Shown here piece by piece: positions 45,635 through 59,300 of a DNA stretch of 64,000 bases (positions within the stretch are counted from its first letter, which is position 1; each line of letters starts with the position of its first letter). The position numbers and the translations under genes are program-made. The stretch lies in IMG/VR virus record IMGVR_UViG_3300044695_006284, positions 1 to 64,000 of that record. The stretch is one strand, 5' to 3'. The DNA comes from a virus. Under the pieces are notes generated by a model that saw nothing but the letters and a program-made list of their open reading frames with translations, was not told the origin of the DNA and did no database searches.

Positions 45635-46033
45635 ATGTCATTTGACACACTTAAGGTCAAAGAACTAAAGACATTAGCAGCGGACTTCGCAGTTGATGTT
45701 GATGGCCTAAAAAATAAAGCAGATGTTATTGCAGCCCTAACAGAAGAAGGAGTAACTTGGTCAGTTTACCAAGGTACACTTAAAAACATAGAGAACGCAA
45801 AAGAAGATGCAGATGAAATTCTTCCTAGACTAGATCCAAATCAAAAGCTTGATGAAGATATGGTTCTTGTAAAGATGGATCGACCAAACTACAGATATGA
45901 TGCACTTGGTTTTACATTTACCTTAGAGCACCCATTCGTAGCAATGAAGCCAGATGTGGCTCAAGAAATTTTTGATAAGGAGGAAGGGTTTAGATTGGCT
46001 ACACCTAGAGAAGTACAGGAGTACTACAACTAA
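45635..46033 (+). CDS. hypothetical protein with N-terminal HeH/LEM-like motif
   Basis: LKVKELK..A......GLK.KAD.I. Confidence 0.6.
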   Translation: MSFDTLKVKELKTLAADFAVDVDGLKNKADVIAALTEEGVTWSVYQGTLKNIENAKEDADEILPRLDPNQKLDEDMVLVKMDRPNYRYDALGFTFTLEHPFVAMKPDVAQEIFDKEEGFRLATPREVQEYYN

Positions 46034-46042
46034 GCCTAACAC

Positions 46043-47026
46043 ATGGCAGAGATATACCAGAACACAAGCACGGCGGCAACAACAAAGCTTTACGTAAAAG
46101 GTGAAGCAATTACGCCTAGCTCTACAGTTACTGTAAAAGTTTACGACATAACTGGAGATCCCGTTATCTCTCCACTAATTAGCCCATCAACAATCCTTGC
46201 AACCCTTACAGCGGAAGCAAGCGAAGTTGATCAGGGCTCTTTTAGTGTTTACCTTCCGACTCAGTATACAACAAGAAATAGAAAGTTTAAATTAGTTTGG
46301 GACTGGCAATATAACTCAGATTCGTACTCAAATACCACGTACCTTGATGTTGTAACCCCGTATGTAGACATACAGGAAGCTGCACAGGAGCTAGGTTTTG
46401 GGTCGGATGCAAATGATCCTAATCACAAAACTTATCAAGAACTAAAGCTAGCAGAAAGATATGCTAGAAATATAATTGAAGGACATACTGGTCAAAAGTT
46501 TTATTTATACGATTCAAACTTTTACACAATAGGAAACGATTCAGACACTCTTTCTTTTCCAATTAAGATAAACCAGTTACACACGTTGCATGCAAATGAT
46601 CAGCTATTAATAGATAGAATCAATAATGTAAATGCATTAGGCATGGTAATAGAAAACACGTTGAGCGGTTTTGGAATAAGAGTAAACCAGTCTGCAATAC
46701 TTGATAATGATGTATATATTGCAAACGGAATGGTTCCTCCATCAATAAATGATTCATCTCCAAATATATTTAGAAGAACTCAATCTTATAAGGTTTATGC
46801 TAGATTTGGTTGGGCCTACGTTCCAAATGAGGTCCGAGACGCAACAGTAGAGCTAATGAAGATGTACTTTGCTAAAGATAGAATCTGGAGAGAAAGATAT
46901 ATTAAAAAGATATCTACTACAGACTGGGATTTTGAATATTCATCTGAAGCATTTAACGGAACAGGATCATCTTACGCAGACAAGCTTCTTGCAGACTACG
47001 TCATAACTCAAATGGTCTTATTGTAA
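46043..47026 (+). CDS. head-to-tail adaptor
   Basis: A...IE.HTG..F; FGW..VP.EV..A; TG....D.LL..Y. Confidence 0.75.
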   Translation: MAEIYQNTSTAATTKLYVKGEAITPSSTVTVKVYDITGDPVISPLISPSTILATLTAEASEVDQGSFSVYLPTQYTTRNRKFKLVWDWQYNSDSYSNTTYLDVVTPYVDIQEAAQELGFGSDANDPNHKTYQELKLAERYARNIIEGHTGQKFYLYDSNFYTIGNDSDTLSFPIKINQLHTLHANDQLLIDRINNVNALGMVIENTLSGFGIRVNQSAILDNDVYIANGMVPPSINDSSPNIFRRTQSYKVYARFGWAYVPNEVRDATVELMKMYFAKDRIWRERYIKKISTTDWDFEYSSEAFNGTGSSYADKLLADYVITQMVLL

Positions 47027-47451
47027 TGTTTGAAGCAGTAGATGGTTTAATGACCATGAAAATGGATGTATACAGACAACAAGAGCAGCAGGATAAAGAT
47101 ACTGGTGCAATTATTAGAGAGTTCTCATACATAAAAACATTAGACTGCTACGCTAGAGGAATTATTACAGAAAGCCGAAACAGAACAAATGATAATCAAA
47201 ATTTTTCAAATAAATATTCAAATAATCAATATGTAGAAACAAGAACTGCAGAGCGGCTAACCCCTAGAGACAAGATAAAAAATATTAGAGATGCTAGCGG
47301 AAAGCCTATATGGTACGAGCTAAACTATCCAAGTGATACTCCAACAGTATTTGATGTAATAGGAACAACTCCTATATCAGATCCTTTTGGAAATGTTGTC
47401 GGATATAACGCATCATTGCAAAGAGCGGAGAACCAGCAAATTGGCATCTGA
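47026..47451 (+). CDS. head closure/stopper-like protein
   Basis: Synteny and size. Confidence 0.6.
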   Translation: MFEAVDGLMTMKMDVYRQQEQQDKDTGAIIREFSYIKTLDCYARGIITESRNRTNDNQNFSNKYSNNQYVETRTAERLTPRDKIKNIRDASGKPIWYELNYPSDTPTVFDVIGTTPISDPFGNVVGYNASLQRAENQQIGI

Positions 47452-48232
47452 AATTTTAGCTATTAAAGCAGCAAGCGGATTGGTAAATCTTATGGCCAAT
47501 AAGCCTGTCAGCGGTGCGCTAAAAGACAGCACAGTAGCACAGATATCTGCAGCACTATTCTACAAAACAAATGTAATGGCAAAGCTAGCATCAAATGCTC
47601 AATTTCAATCAGCATTTAGAAATGTAATCTTTGATCAATTGCAAGTTGACTTCGGAGATTATATTGATGCAAAATCAAGAACTTCTCCAAAATCTTTTCA
47701 CCACGTTTATGAGTGGGATAGGGTAGGTCAAGACGAGGCAAGATTGTTTAAATTAAAACAACTTCCAGCAGATGGCTTATCATTAAAACTTAATTATGAA
47801 TTGATCGATTCCAAATCTTTTGTACCTTCTGAAAATTCTAAGAATAAACATGTCTTTGTAAAAAAGGCTGAAATAATGGAGCAGGGAAAGACTGTAGTTA
47901 TTGCTCCAAGATTTTCAGAAAGGCTTGTTTTTGATATAGATGGATATACTATATTCATGCCAAAAGGACAATCGGTTACTGTTAGAAAGCCAGGCGGAGC
48001 GGCAACTAAAAATGCATTCTTTGCACAATATAGATACTTCTTTACTGGTAATCTAGTTAACATGTCAATAAAAAAATCGGGATTCCAAAGACTATTTAAT
48101 TCATCATTGTCTAGAGCATTAGGTGTTCCAGCACAAGTTAAAACAGTTAAATATAGCTTCTCGCCAAATCAGCTGGCAAATGAAGCAGAGGCTGCTACAT
48201 CAGCAGCATTTGCGAGGTTCGTAAATGGCTAA
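47441..48232 (+). CDS. neck/tail completion-like protein
   Basis: Probable TTG start at 47441; synteny. Confidence 0.55.
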   Translation: MASEILAIKAASGLVNLMANKPVSGALKDSTVAQISAALFYKTNVMAKLASNAQFQSAFRNVIFDQLQVDFGDYIDAKSRTSPKSFHHVYEWDRVGQDEARLFKLKQLPADGLSLKLNYELIDSKSFVPSENSKNKHVFVKKAEIMEQGKTVVIAPRFSERLVFDIDGYTIFMPKGQSVTVRKPGGAATKNAFFAQYRYFFTGNLVNMSIKKSGFQRLFNSSLSRALGVPAQVKTVKYSFSPNQLANEAEAATSAAFARFVNG

Positions 48233-48734
48233 TTATAAATTAGATTCAATGTTTGAAATAAGAAAGTTCTTATGGAACAGACTTACATGGCTAGGCATAT
48301 TTGATGAGAATGATTATTATTCAGATAACCTAGGCGAGGCACTTGTGCCAATAGTCCCAGTTCAGCAACAGCCAGAAATGAATCAATTCTTGAGCGGCAA
48401 GAAGCATATAGTCTATGACAAGGTAGGTATGTCATATGAGAATAACTGGATGATATGCTGCGAGCAAATCTTATTAACTCTATATTCACCAGAGATCCTA
48501 GACATTGTTGAGATGAGAAACTTCCTAACTGATGAGTTTAGAAGAATGGATGAGTCTGCAAGAGATGTTAATAAATGGGCTGGGTTATCAGATAAATTCA
48601 AGTTCCATAGCATTCAAGTAGCAGATATATCATCTACAGCCCCATCAGAAGAAATCCAAGGATTCTATGCAGCAGATGTAGTATTAGAGATAAAATACTC
48701 AAGAATACTAGATGGCAAGGGCAGATTTGCCTAG
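48225..48734 (+). CDS. tail terminator-like protein
   Basis: Lies directly before the major tail gene. Confidence 0.6.
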   Translation: MANYKLDSMFEIRKFLWNRLTWLGIFDENDYYSDNLGEALVPIVPVQQQPEMNQFLSGKKHIVYDKVGMSYENNWMICCEQILLTLYSPEILDIVEMRNFLTDEFRRMDESARDVNKWAGLSDKFKFHSIQVADISSTAPSEEIQGFYAADVVLEIKYSRILDGKGRFA

Positions 48735-48838
48735 TTTGCCTTTTATAAGTTAGTAGAGTAAAATTAGAACAGAGGAAAGGGCCTAGCCAGCCAAAATATA
48801 TATATTAATTTCATATGAAATCAGGAGGCAATACAATT

Positions 48839-49600
48839 ATGGCATATCAAAATACAGGAGACGCCCGCAACATTCTTGTTGGAGCATCACCACTATTCTT
48901 GTCAGTAGAAGATTCAACAGTATCTGGTTACGACTCAAGCATGGATGCAGGCGAAGCAAACGCTTTCGTTGCAAACAAAAATCGTTTTGTACCAGCATTC
49001 TCAACAGGAGAGTCTTATACTACAACACTAAATAAAGTTTTAACAACAAAAGGTGCTACTCAGACAGCAACACCGTCAGAGTCAACACCAGCACTTGGTG
49101 GAGCTTACCGCAACGTAGGTTACACAAATAACGGTCTTCAGATCAGCTACCAACCAACATTTGACTCAGTAACTGTTGACCAGTTGCTAGATACAGCTAA
49201 GCTGTTCAAGTCTGCGATGATGGTTCAGATCTCAACAGAAATGGCAGAAGGTACTCTAGAGAACGTTCTTGCAGTATTTGGTCAAAAGGGATCAACACTT
49301 ACATCAGATGGAACAGGTACATCAGCAGTTGACACACTAGGTTTGGAAGCAGGTGCACTAGGTGCAGCTCCAACAGAGCGTCAGCTAATTGCAGTTGGAC
49401 AGGCTCCAACTTCAGAAGCATCAGCAACTGAGCGTGTATATTATGCACGTCGTGTTTTGTCTGTTGAACAGTCACAGTTCTCTTTGGCTCGTACAGCAGC
49501 AACAACATTCCCAGTAACATTCCGTCTTCTACCATCAGGTGACTCAGCTCACGTTGGTTCAGAATACGGTAAGATTATTGACCGTGTACTAACAGTTTAA
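48839..49600 (+). CDS. major tail protein
   Basis: GGAGG RBS; NILVGA, GYT.NG, V.VDQ, E.TLEN. Confidence 0.85.
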   Translation: MAYQNTGDARNILVGASPLFLSVEDSTVSGYDSSMDAGEANAFVANKNRFVPAFSTGESYTTTLNKVLTTKGATQTATPSESTPALGGAYRNVGYTNNGLQISYQPTFDSVTVDQLLDTAKLFKSAMMVQISTEMAEGTLENVLAVFGQKGSTLTSDGTGTSAVDTLGLEAGALGAAPTERQLIAVGQAPTSEASATERVYYARRVLSVEQSQFSLARTAATTFPVTFRLLPSGDSAHVGSEYGKIIDRVLTV

Positions 49601-49620
49601 TTATATTAATAATTAATATC

Positions 49621-49646
49621 AAAGCCCCCAAGAAATTGGGGGCTTT
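49621..49646 (+). terminator. Rho-independent terminator after the major tail gene
   Basis: AAAGCCCCCAA-GAAA-TTGGGGGCTTT. Confidence 0.8.
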
Positions 49647-49707
49647 GCTGTTGTACCCTTATAATGGTTATGCTATAATAATTTAGACGATCCTTAAGGA
49701 GGATAAA

Positions 49708-50040
49708 TTGGCAACAACAGTATATGATGTAGAAGAGATTGAACTACAAAGCGGAGCTAAAGTAAAGCTCAAGCCACTATCAATCAAGCAGCTACGAAAG
49801 TTTATGGAAGTAATTAAGAAAGTTCAAGATGCAGAAGATGAAACAGCAACACTTGGAATTTTGGTTGAAGCATGCGGAGTAGCACTAGAAACACAGCTTC
49901 CAGACCTAGTTGCTGATCTTGACAAGCTAGAAGACGCATTGGATGTTCCAACAATTAATAGAATCCTTGAAGTTTGCGGAGGAATTAAGATGGACGACCC
50001 AAACCTAATAGCGGCAGCGGTACTGGCTGGTCAGAACTAG
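49708..50040 (+). CDS. tail assembly chaperone (G)
   Basis: Lies between the major tail and tape measure genes. Confidence 0.8.
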   Translation: MATTVYDVEEIELQSGAKVKLKPLSIKQLRKFMEVIKKVQDAEDETATLGILVEACGVALETQLPDLVADLDKLEDALDVPTINRILEVCGGIKMDDPNLIAAAVLAGQN

Positions 50041-50375
50041 ATTTAGCCGCTTTAGAAGGACAAGTTTTTCTTCTGGGTCACTGGAAGAATTACGAGGAAT
50101 TAGAAGAAAATTTATCAATGCCAGAATTGGTTCAAACCATAACAGCGATAAATGAAAAAGAGCATAACCAAAGAAAATTTGCAGCGTCACTAAAAGGAAT
50201 ACAATTAGATGATGGTGCAGAAGAAAAAGAAAAAGGTTCTACCTTTGAAGATATCCAAAGAAGAGCACTTGGAATAAATGCATCAGCAGATGATGTTGTT
50301 GGTTTACAAGGGCCCTTTGCAGCGAAAGCTGGATTTGGAATTGGCGCAGGGTTAGGATACTCTAGGAGTAATTAG
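49708..50375 (+). CDS. tail assembly chaperone G-T via -1 frameshift at C CCA AAC (49998-50004)
   Basis: In-phase XXXYYYZ heptamer; the -1 frame is open to 50375. Confidence 0.75.
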
Positions 50376-53300
50376 TGGCTGACGAACAAATTGTAACCAG
50401 TATAGTCGCCAAAGCCGACTTATCTAGCCTTGTGTCTGAAGTACACAGGGCTAGTTCTAGTCTCCAACAATTACAAAGAGAACTTCTTGCATCGAATAGA
50501 GCAATATCTGCTTCAACAAAATTAGCAAATAACTTATTTAGAGATACACTAACTGGAAGCGGACAGTTTTCTAGTCACTTTGTAAACCTTAATTCGGATG
50601 TAGATAAGTTTGGTAAAAACCTAGACTCTGGAAGATTAAAGCTTAAGAACTATTTCCAGACATTTAGAGAGCATGCTACAACTCAAAAGGGAATGATAAG
50701 GGAGCTTGCCAAAGAGCAGGTAATGCTTCAAAACTCAGTGCTACAACCTTTAGGTAGAAATGCTCAAGGCCTAATGCAGTACAACGTTATGATTCCAAGA
50801 GGTTTGGATGCCGTAAAAAATAGCGCACAACTAGCTCGCATGGAACTTCAGATAATGAATCGTGCACTATCTGAAGGAGCAGGATCTTTAATTAACTGGG
50901 GTAAAAATACTCAGTGGGCAGGTCGTCAGCTTACAGTTGGACTTACAGTTCCATTAACAATGTTTGGTGCTGCAGCAGGAAAAGCATTTAGAGAAGCAGA
51001 TCAAGAGCTTGTAAGACTTACAAAGGTTTACGGTGGACTAGCTGCAACTTCTGCAGCAGACTTAAAAGCAATTAGAGAAGAAGTTGTGCAAACAGCAAAA
51101 TCTTTATCTCAAACAATGGGAGCTTCTTTTAAAGATACAATTGCGCTAGGTGCTGATATTGCGGCAACTGGAAAGATGGGCAACGAACTTTTAGGTTCTA
51201 TAGAAGAAACAACCAGACTTGCAATCCTTGGAGAAGTAGATAGACAAGATGCAATGAAAGCTACTCTTTCAATTCAAACAGCTTTTAAGCAAAACACACA
51301 GCAACTTACAGAATCAATTAACTTTCTTAACGCAGTTGAAAACCAGACATCTACAACACTTAACGATTTAGTAGAAGCAATTCCAAAAGCTGGTCCAGTT
51401 ATACAGCAACTCGGAGGCAGCATAGAAGACTTAGCTCTTTATATGACTGCAATGAGAGAAGGTGGAATTAATGCATCTGAAGGTGCAAACGCATTAAAGT
51501 CAGGTCTAGCTTCTTTAATTAATCCAACAAAACAAACAGTCGGTATAATGTCAGATTTTGGCATAGATGTAATGGGAATGGTTGCAAAAAATACTGGTGA
51601 TACAACTGGAATGTTGCTAGATTTGCAAAAAGCTTTAAACACTTTAGATCCTCTAAGTAAAGCTAGAGCACTTGAGCAAATGTTTGGTAAGTTCCAGTTT
51701 GCAAGAATGAGCGCACTCCTAAACAACCTTGGAAAAGAAGGAAGCCAGACGCTTCAGGTTATGGATTTAATGAAGGCAAGTACCTCAGATTTGGCGGGAA
51801 TTGCAGAGCGAGAATTAGGAATGATTACAGAGTCTGCATCTGGTAAGTATAGAAGAGCTATGGAGTCTTTAAAAGCACAGCTTGCAGATGTAGGAGATGA
51901 GTTTCTTGGGGTTGCAACTAAACTTATAAATGCTGCGTCAAAGATTTTAGAATTCTTCACTAATTTGCCATCACCGATTAAAAAAGCTCTTACTTTTATG
52001 GCAGGATTTACAGCATTAGTTGGCCCACTAATTATGTTAACTGGTGTACTTGCCAACTTCTTTGGTTATATAACAAAGGGAATAGTCCAGCTCAGATCTT
52101 TCTTTATGAAAGCAAATGGATGGAAGATGCTTACTCCAGAAATTATTGCTGCTCAAAAAGCAGCAGAAATGGTTGAGAATGCATTTTATTCAGATGCCGC
52201 TGCAGCTCAAGTTCTTCATAATGCATTACAAAAACTTGTTTTAGATTATCAAAACCTTCAAGCAGCATCAATGAAGAACGCAGTTCCAGTAAACGCAGGA
52301 GTCTCTACAGTTGCTGGAAATACAATTGTTGCTCCTGCTCATGGAAGAAGAGTTGTAGATCCTGATGATCCATACGTTGGAGATCCTAATACTAGAGCAA
52401 TGTCTCACATTAGACCGAGAGATCCAAATAATCCAGCCACCTTGTTTGGTGGTGTGCCAGGAGCTATACCAGTAAACAGGGGAATATCTAGAACTCCTCA
52501 AATTTATATGCATGATAGACTTCCAAATGTTGAAGGCCTAACAAGTGTAAAGGGAATATCTACAGGAATTGTTGCACCAGAGGCCGCTAAGTTTCATGCG
52601 CTCATGGCCACACTTGGAATGCAAACAGAACAGGAAATTGCAGCACTAAAGAAAACTATTGCAATGGGTGGAACAGTAAGTAGAGAGCTTTTAGATACAT
52701 TCGACGACATTCTTCCAATAACTCAAAGATTTGCAGATAGCGCAGCAACTCAATCTGCACTAATTGTTCAGCAAATGAGAAATGCAGAAATAACTGTTGA
52801 TCAGGCAAAGGCAAGAATACTTGCGCTTAATGCACAAATAGAAGCAGACATGGGATCAGCAGTAAGTATGTATGCTGCTGGACGAGGAAGAACAATTGAT
52901 TTAACAAGAGCTCCAATGATGGATCAACCAGTTGTTGATGCTAATGGACAGTTTACACTTAGAGATTTGTATAAGAAAAAGACAAATGCTGCCGTCATGG
53001 AAGAGTTTGGAAGAGTCCGTGGTGTAAGAACATTTGGCGCACCTTACAGTATTCAAACAACAAGAATGCCTAAATTTAATATAGGTGGAGAGGTTGAATC
53101 ATTTGGTCCAAACAAAACAGTGGTTTCAGGACCATCTTCAGTAAACTATGATGATAGATTGGGAAGTGTTCCACTAGGTGGATATGTTTTGAACCAGCAA
53201 GCTGCAATGGATCCAGCAAATGCCCCATTAGTTGCAATGGCTCCAAGCACATATTTAAATGACGGTGGAAATATTACAGCAGCTCTTACTCCACGGGAAG

Positions 53301-56300
53301 TAGTTTTTGGTCCTCAAATTCAAAGAATGCCTGAGCTATATGCAGCAGTAGATGCTGCAAATAGTGGATATAGTTTTGGCGGGCAGATCATGAGGGGCAC
53401 ATATGGATATGGAAGAGACAGCGTTCTATCAATATGGGCAAAACTAGTTAACTCTAAAGATTATCCAACTGTAATTAAAGCAGCAACAGTTGCTTCTGAT
53501 GCTGCCATATTATCACAGCTTACTGGCATGGATATTAAAGATGCCACAAAAAGAGTTTCTTCAGATTATGATGAAGCAATAGAGTATGCTAAAAAAGCAG
53601 CAAATCAAAATGGAACAAGGAAAACAGACGAGTTTGTAAAAGCAAGAACAGCTCAGCTTATTAGATTAAGCAAAGAGTTTCCAGGTGCAAATTTAATTTT
53701 AGATGAATATTCAAGTAAAAATAAGTACAATCAAAAGGCAAAAGCATCTCGTATGAAAGCTATATCTCCTGAGACATACGCAGGAACAATGAAAGCTGTA
53801 ATTAATGATTTAATAAAAGATGGAGTTTTAACTCAACGCCAAGCAAATAAAGTTTTTGGAATTTTAGGAGACGCAACAGATTTTTACGATCCAATTTCTA
53901 AATCTCACACTATAACTGCAAAAAGAACTGCTTCAATATTTAATGCAGGGGAACTTCAGGACCTACTTGTTGAAGGAGGAATGTCAAAAGCCGAAGCAGC
54001 AAAATTTGCCGATGTTACTGGGGTTAGATCAAATAATTTTGTTGGTCAATCTACTGGGCTTGCAAAATCATTTAACTCGATGGGCAACTGGTTACAGCGA
54101 CGTACAGATGGTACTTTTATAGATGAAGTTTCACCATTTCAAGACGAAGCAAAGAGCAATTTTATATCAGGAATTAAAAAACTTAAAGATAAGTTGGGAA
54201 TTAAAGGACCCGCAACAATGGAGGAAATTATTAGACAGCTGACCCTGCAGAGAATAAAATCTGCATCGGGATTTAACTCTAAAATGATTACAACAGTTGC
54301 TGGAAGGTTGCGCCACATCTCGTTTGCAAAACCAGCACTAGGCCCGCTTGCTGGATCATTTAATAAAGGCGGTATGATTCCAGGCGGATCTATATCTAGA
54401 GGTAGATCAAATTATGGAAATATTGCTCCTGCCTTAAGATTGCTTGCACCAGATAAACAATTAAAGATTTTAGCAAAGGCAAGAGAATTAAGCTCAAGAG
54501 GATCGCTAGGTAAATTTGCTGATATGCCAGTAACTGAATATGGGCATCAAATTTCTGCAAGCACAGGAATGAGTTATCCAGTACCTGGTGTATCTGGATT
54601 GTATAAGGTCGGTAACAAAAAAGTTTTTGTTAAAGGTGTTCCTAATGAATTAACTGCCGTCCATGAGCCAATTGGCACTCAAATTACAAGAGATCTTTTT
54701 GGAATACATTCTCCAGTACAAACAGCTAGAACAGTTGCAAATCCAGTAGATCCATCAAAAAAAACCAAGCTCCTTGCTTTAGAATCAGATTATGATCCAA
54801 GATTTGCAAACACTAATGTGCCATGGGATGAAGATACAATTCTTAGACAGCTTGCTAATTCTCTTCTTTTAAACAACAAAGATTTATCTAGAGCAAACGT
54901 GTATGGTAATTTTAATCCAGATGTCGGACAAGCTGGAGTATTACCTAAAGCATCTGGTAATACACGTCTGGCAACAGCTGATGAAATGAACTCTATGGAA
55001 AAGCAAGCACTGATTAATCTACTTGCCGTTAAAGGTGGAGCAAGAAAAGATTTTGCACGTGACACTGCCCCAATAATTGCTAAGATGAGCCCGAAAAAAT
55101 ATGGTCGACGAATGAAGAAAATATTAGAAGATGCTCGTCCAAAGTTAGTAAAAATAATAAATGGTTTACCTGAAGATCTTAGACCTCCTTATCAAGCAAT
55201 GCTTAAAAGATTGGATGATGGTATAGAGGTTGATTGGAGTCAATATCATGCCGTGCATGCTAATCCAAAGTATCTTAATGCTGGAGGACCAGTTGGTGGC
55301 GGTCCAATCAGACGAGGAAGATATGCTTACGGTCCTAAAAAAGATGGATCACGCAGACCAGGTAACCCAGCAAAAGCAGCTGCTTGGGATGCAAAGCAAC
55401 GTGAGCAAAGAGAAAGAGACTTGGCTGCAGAAAGATCTAGAGCGGCATCTCATCAGATTCAAGGTCAGCAAGCACTTACAACAGGACTTGGCAGAGAGGC
55501 AGCAAGAACTGGAACAACAAGTTTTTACAATCCAGGCTCATTAATATTTCCTCAAATTGGGGCTCAGATAAGAGCATCGTTATCTTATATGTCAAATTCA
55601 GTTATAAAAGGATCTGTTCGATTAAATCTTGAGTTATTAGCGGCAGCTAATAAAACTGCAAATGTTTATAATAGAGCGTCATCTATTGTAACAACTTTTG
55701 CAAATAAAGCGCAAGCTTCTATATCATCAATAGCAAACAGCGTAACAAACTTTGGAGCAAGTAAAATAAATGCAATTGTTAGAGCACAAAATGCATTTGC
55801 TGCTAATAATTATCCAGTAGGACAAGCACCAGCACAAGGATTCTTTGGTCCAGGAATGATTGGAAGGTATAAAGACCTTGGAGATGGAATACAGTCTAGA
55901 AAAGTTGGTGTATTAGGAGCAAGAAGAACAGAATATCTAGTTGATGGTGTAACCATGAGTGCTAAGCAGGCACGACAAGCTGGAGTATCTATACCTCAAA
56001 GAGCAAACGGAATGAGCGTAGGTGCTCAAATGGGAATTGGTATGGCTGGATCAATGGGTGGAATGGCATTGATGGGCAAAGAAAAAGTAAATATTTTCGG
56101 TAAAGAAACTTCTGGAATGAATGCTGGAATGATGTTAATGGGAGCAACTTCCATACTTCCAATGCTTCCATACGTTAAAGCACTTACAGCACTTAAATCT
56201 GGAGCATCTTCGGCTAAAGCTGCTATTATGGGAGTTACTGGTGCAGGGGCAAAGGCAGCACAAGTTGTTGCACAGATAGCAAGATTTGCAAAAGCATTTA

Positions 56301-59300
56301 GCCTTGTAGGAGTAGTTGCAACAGCAGCATTTGGTATATTTAAAATGTATCAAAACTATAAGGATGCTCAGCAAGATGCAACAATGGGTCTTTCTATGAC
56401 CGCAAGAGCAGCAGAAGAAGCTGGAGTAAAATATTTTAACCTTAAAGAAACCATGCAGGGTTATATTGATAAACAAAAGGTTGCTGCAGCAGCAGCAAAG
56501 TCTTCAGAATTTAATTCAATCGGAATGCCTGGTCTCCCTAGATCCATAGAAGATTTAAAGAAGGCTAAGGAAGAGGGCAAGGCTCTAAAGGATTTAATAG
56601 AATCATTAAATAGAGCAGATGGAAAGCAAGAAGCTCAAAGAATAATTAATAATCAAAAGGCGCAAATGGTTGCAGCTGGAATGAGCATTGAAGAAGCAAA
56701 TAAAAAGATTTATGGAGCTTTAGCAAATAGCAACAAGGCTTCCCAATCCTACCAGCTATTAGCAGACGTACAATTTGGATCAATTGTAGATAAAGCTTCC
56801 GCAGCATCATTTGCAGTAGGAAACTTGGTAAGTGTATTAAATAGCACAGACGCTTCAAGTACCCTTGTCGGAAGCGGATTCGAAGGACTAATAAATACAT
56901 TTGATGAAGCAACAAAGAGCCTTGTTGGAACAAAAGATGCACTTGGAAATGCTATAGATGATTATGAAGCTTATAAGTTGGTTATGTCTAGTGCGGAAGA
57001 ACAATTCCCTGGATTTAATGAAGAAATAGGTTCAGATGCGTATGATAAGTTAAAAGAATCTCAATCCCTATTAGCTGGAATTTCAAACGAGGCAGACAGC
57101 ATAAAGAGTATATTAGCTAAATGGAAACTGTTTACTTCTGGAATAAATCTAGATTTAAAAAACATAGACTCCACACTTGCAATAAAGTTAGCTGGTTTTA
57201 GTGAAGCAATTGCTACAGGAATTTCTGACTTAACGGCTGCTGCAGATAATTCAACTACATATGGTGCAACAGGCGCAGCATTAAAAAAGATGCAGGGAAT
57301 AATTTCTGCAAATTCTGCAGCATCTCAAAGAGCTGCTGCAGCCGAACAAAGATCTTCTCAAGAACAGCTAAAAATTATTTCTAAAAAAATTAAGCTAATC
57401 GAGGATGAAAAAAATGCAAAGCTTGATTCCTTAAGAGCAACTCAAGATGCATCAAATTATGCATTAGAGTTGCAAAAGCTTCAGATTCAATACGCAGATG
57501 CTGTTTCTCGTGGAGACATGGCTGCGGCAAATCAAGCAAAACTTGACATAGATCAGCTAACAATGAATAGACAATCAGACCTTGCTCAAAAAGCAATTGA
57601 AGATGCGGCAAAAAAAGCAAAGGAACCTTTAGAAAAACAAGCACAAGCAATTCAAGATAAGTCTGATAAAAAACAAATAGCTATGGCTAACAACCAGGAT
57701 AATGCCGCACTTGCAGGTGAAATAACTGCAGCAATTCAAAAATTACAGACAACATATAATGATCTTACATCCAGAGCAATTACCGCAACATTCCTTCCAG
57801 AAAAACAAAGAGTAGCTGAAGAAGCACAAATTCAATCAGAGCTGATAGCTTTTCTAAAAGAAATGCAAAAAGCTGGTACTGGATCCACCTTGCTTGCCAA
57901 AACAGTAAGAGAGTCTTTCCCAGGTTACTTTGATAAAGATGGAAAGCCTTTATCACCTGGCACAACAACTGGTGGATCTCCAACAGGATTTGATAGCAAG
58001 GGCAAGCCAATATTCCCAAAGATTACAATACCAAACTTAGACTCACTAGCTCAGTTTGCTAAAGACCTTAAGTCTGTAGTTACATTAGCCGAAGACATCA
58101 CTGGTGGAATGAATATAAAAGAGCTTGCAAAATCTATTGCTACAAGTCTTCACTACTATAAAACAAGAGAAAATAATATCCCAGGTTCAGGAACTGCAAC
58201 TTCAATTAAGGCCGCAAACATTGTTGCAAAGGATGGAAATGCAGCAGCGAACCAAGCAATGAGAATGACAGACTCTCAAACAAAAAAGTTTACTTTACCA
58301 AGTGATCCTACTAGAAAATATTCAGTATTTACATATAATTCAAAAACGTATGCTGTAGATCCAATTAGCGGCACAGTCTACAATTTTGATTCAAGCTTAG
58401 ACATACTAGGGGCTCCCGTTAAAGATAGAAAAAAGATGGCCACTGGAGGATCAGTTAAACATTTTAATCCAGGTGGAAATGTAAGCGGTCCAGGAACTTC
58501 AACATCTGACTCAATTCCTGCAATGCTTTCTGACGGTGAGTGGGTAATTAAAGCAGATTCAGTTAAGAAAGCTGAAAAAGAATTTGGGCCTTCATTCTTT
58601 AGTGATTTAAATGCTGGCAGATTTGCAAATGGCGGCAAGGTAAGCAAGATGGGCACAGCAGACTCAATGATTAAAGCAGCAGAGTCCATGATAGGGTATC
58701 AGGAAGGAAGAGGCAACGATACTATATTTGGAAAGTTTGCACAAAAAGCTTATGATCTGCAAACCAGATATATCGCATGGTGCGGTGCTTTTATAAACTG
58801 GGCAGCAAAAAAATCTGGAGTAGATTTAGCAAGTATGATTTGGACTCCTGGAGGAGCTCAATCATTTATGAAGAGCGGCAAGTGGACAACTATGAATCCA
58901 CGTCGGGGAGATTTAGCCTTTATGGATTTCCCAGGAGACGGCGTAAATAGAATTTCTCACGTTGGTCTTGTAAGCAATGTTTTAGGAAAGAATTCAGTTT
59001 CAACTATAGAAGGAAATACATCAGGATCTGGAAGCCAAAGAAGCGGCGGAGCCGTGCTTAGAAAAGTAAGACAATACAATTTAAAGAATGCTCCAGTTGT
59101 AGGATTTGGAAGACCTTCATATAAGCCAGTAGATAACATTAAATATGGATACGGCACACAAGAATACTACAGCGCAGATGATGCTAAATCAGATTATGAA
59201 AATGAAAGATACACAGTAAATAGAGGAGACACATTATCTAGTATTGCTTCAAAGTACGGAATTACTGTTAACAAATTAATGGAAATGAATCCTCAGCTAA

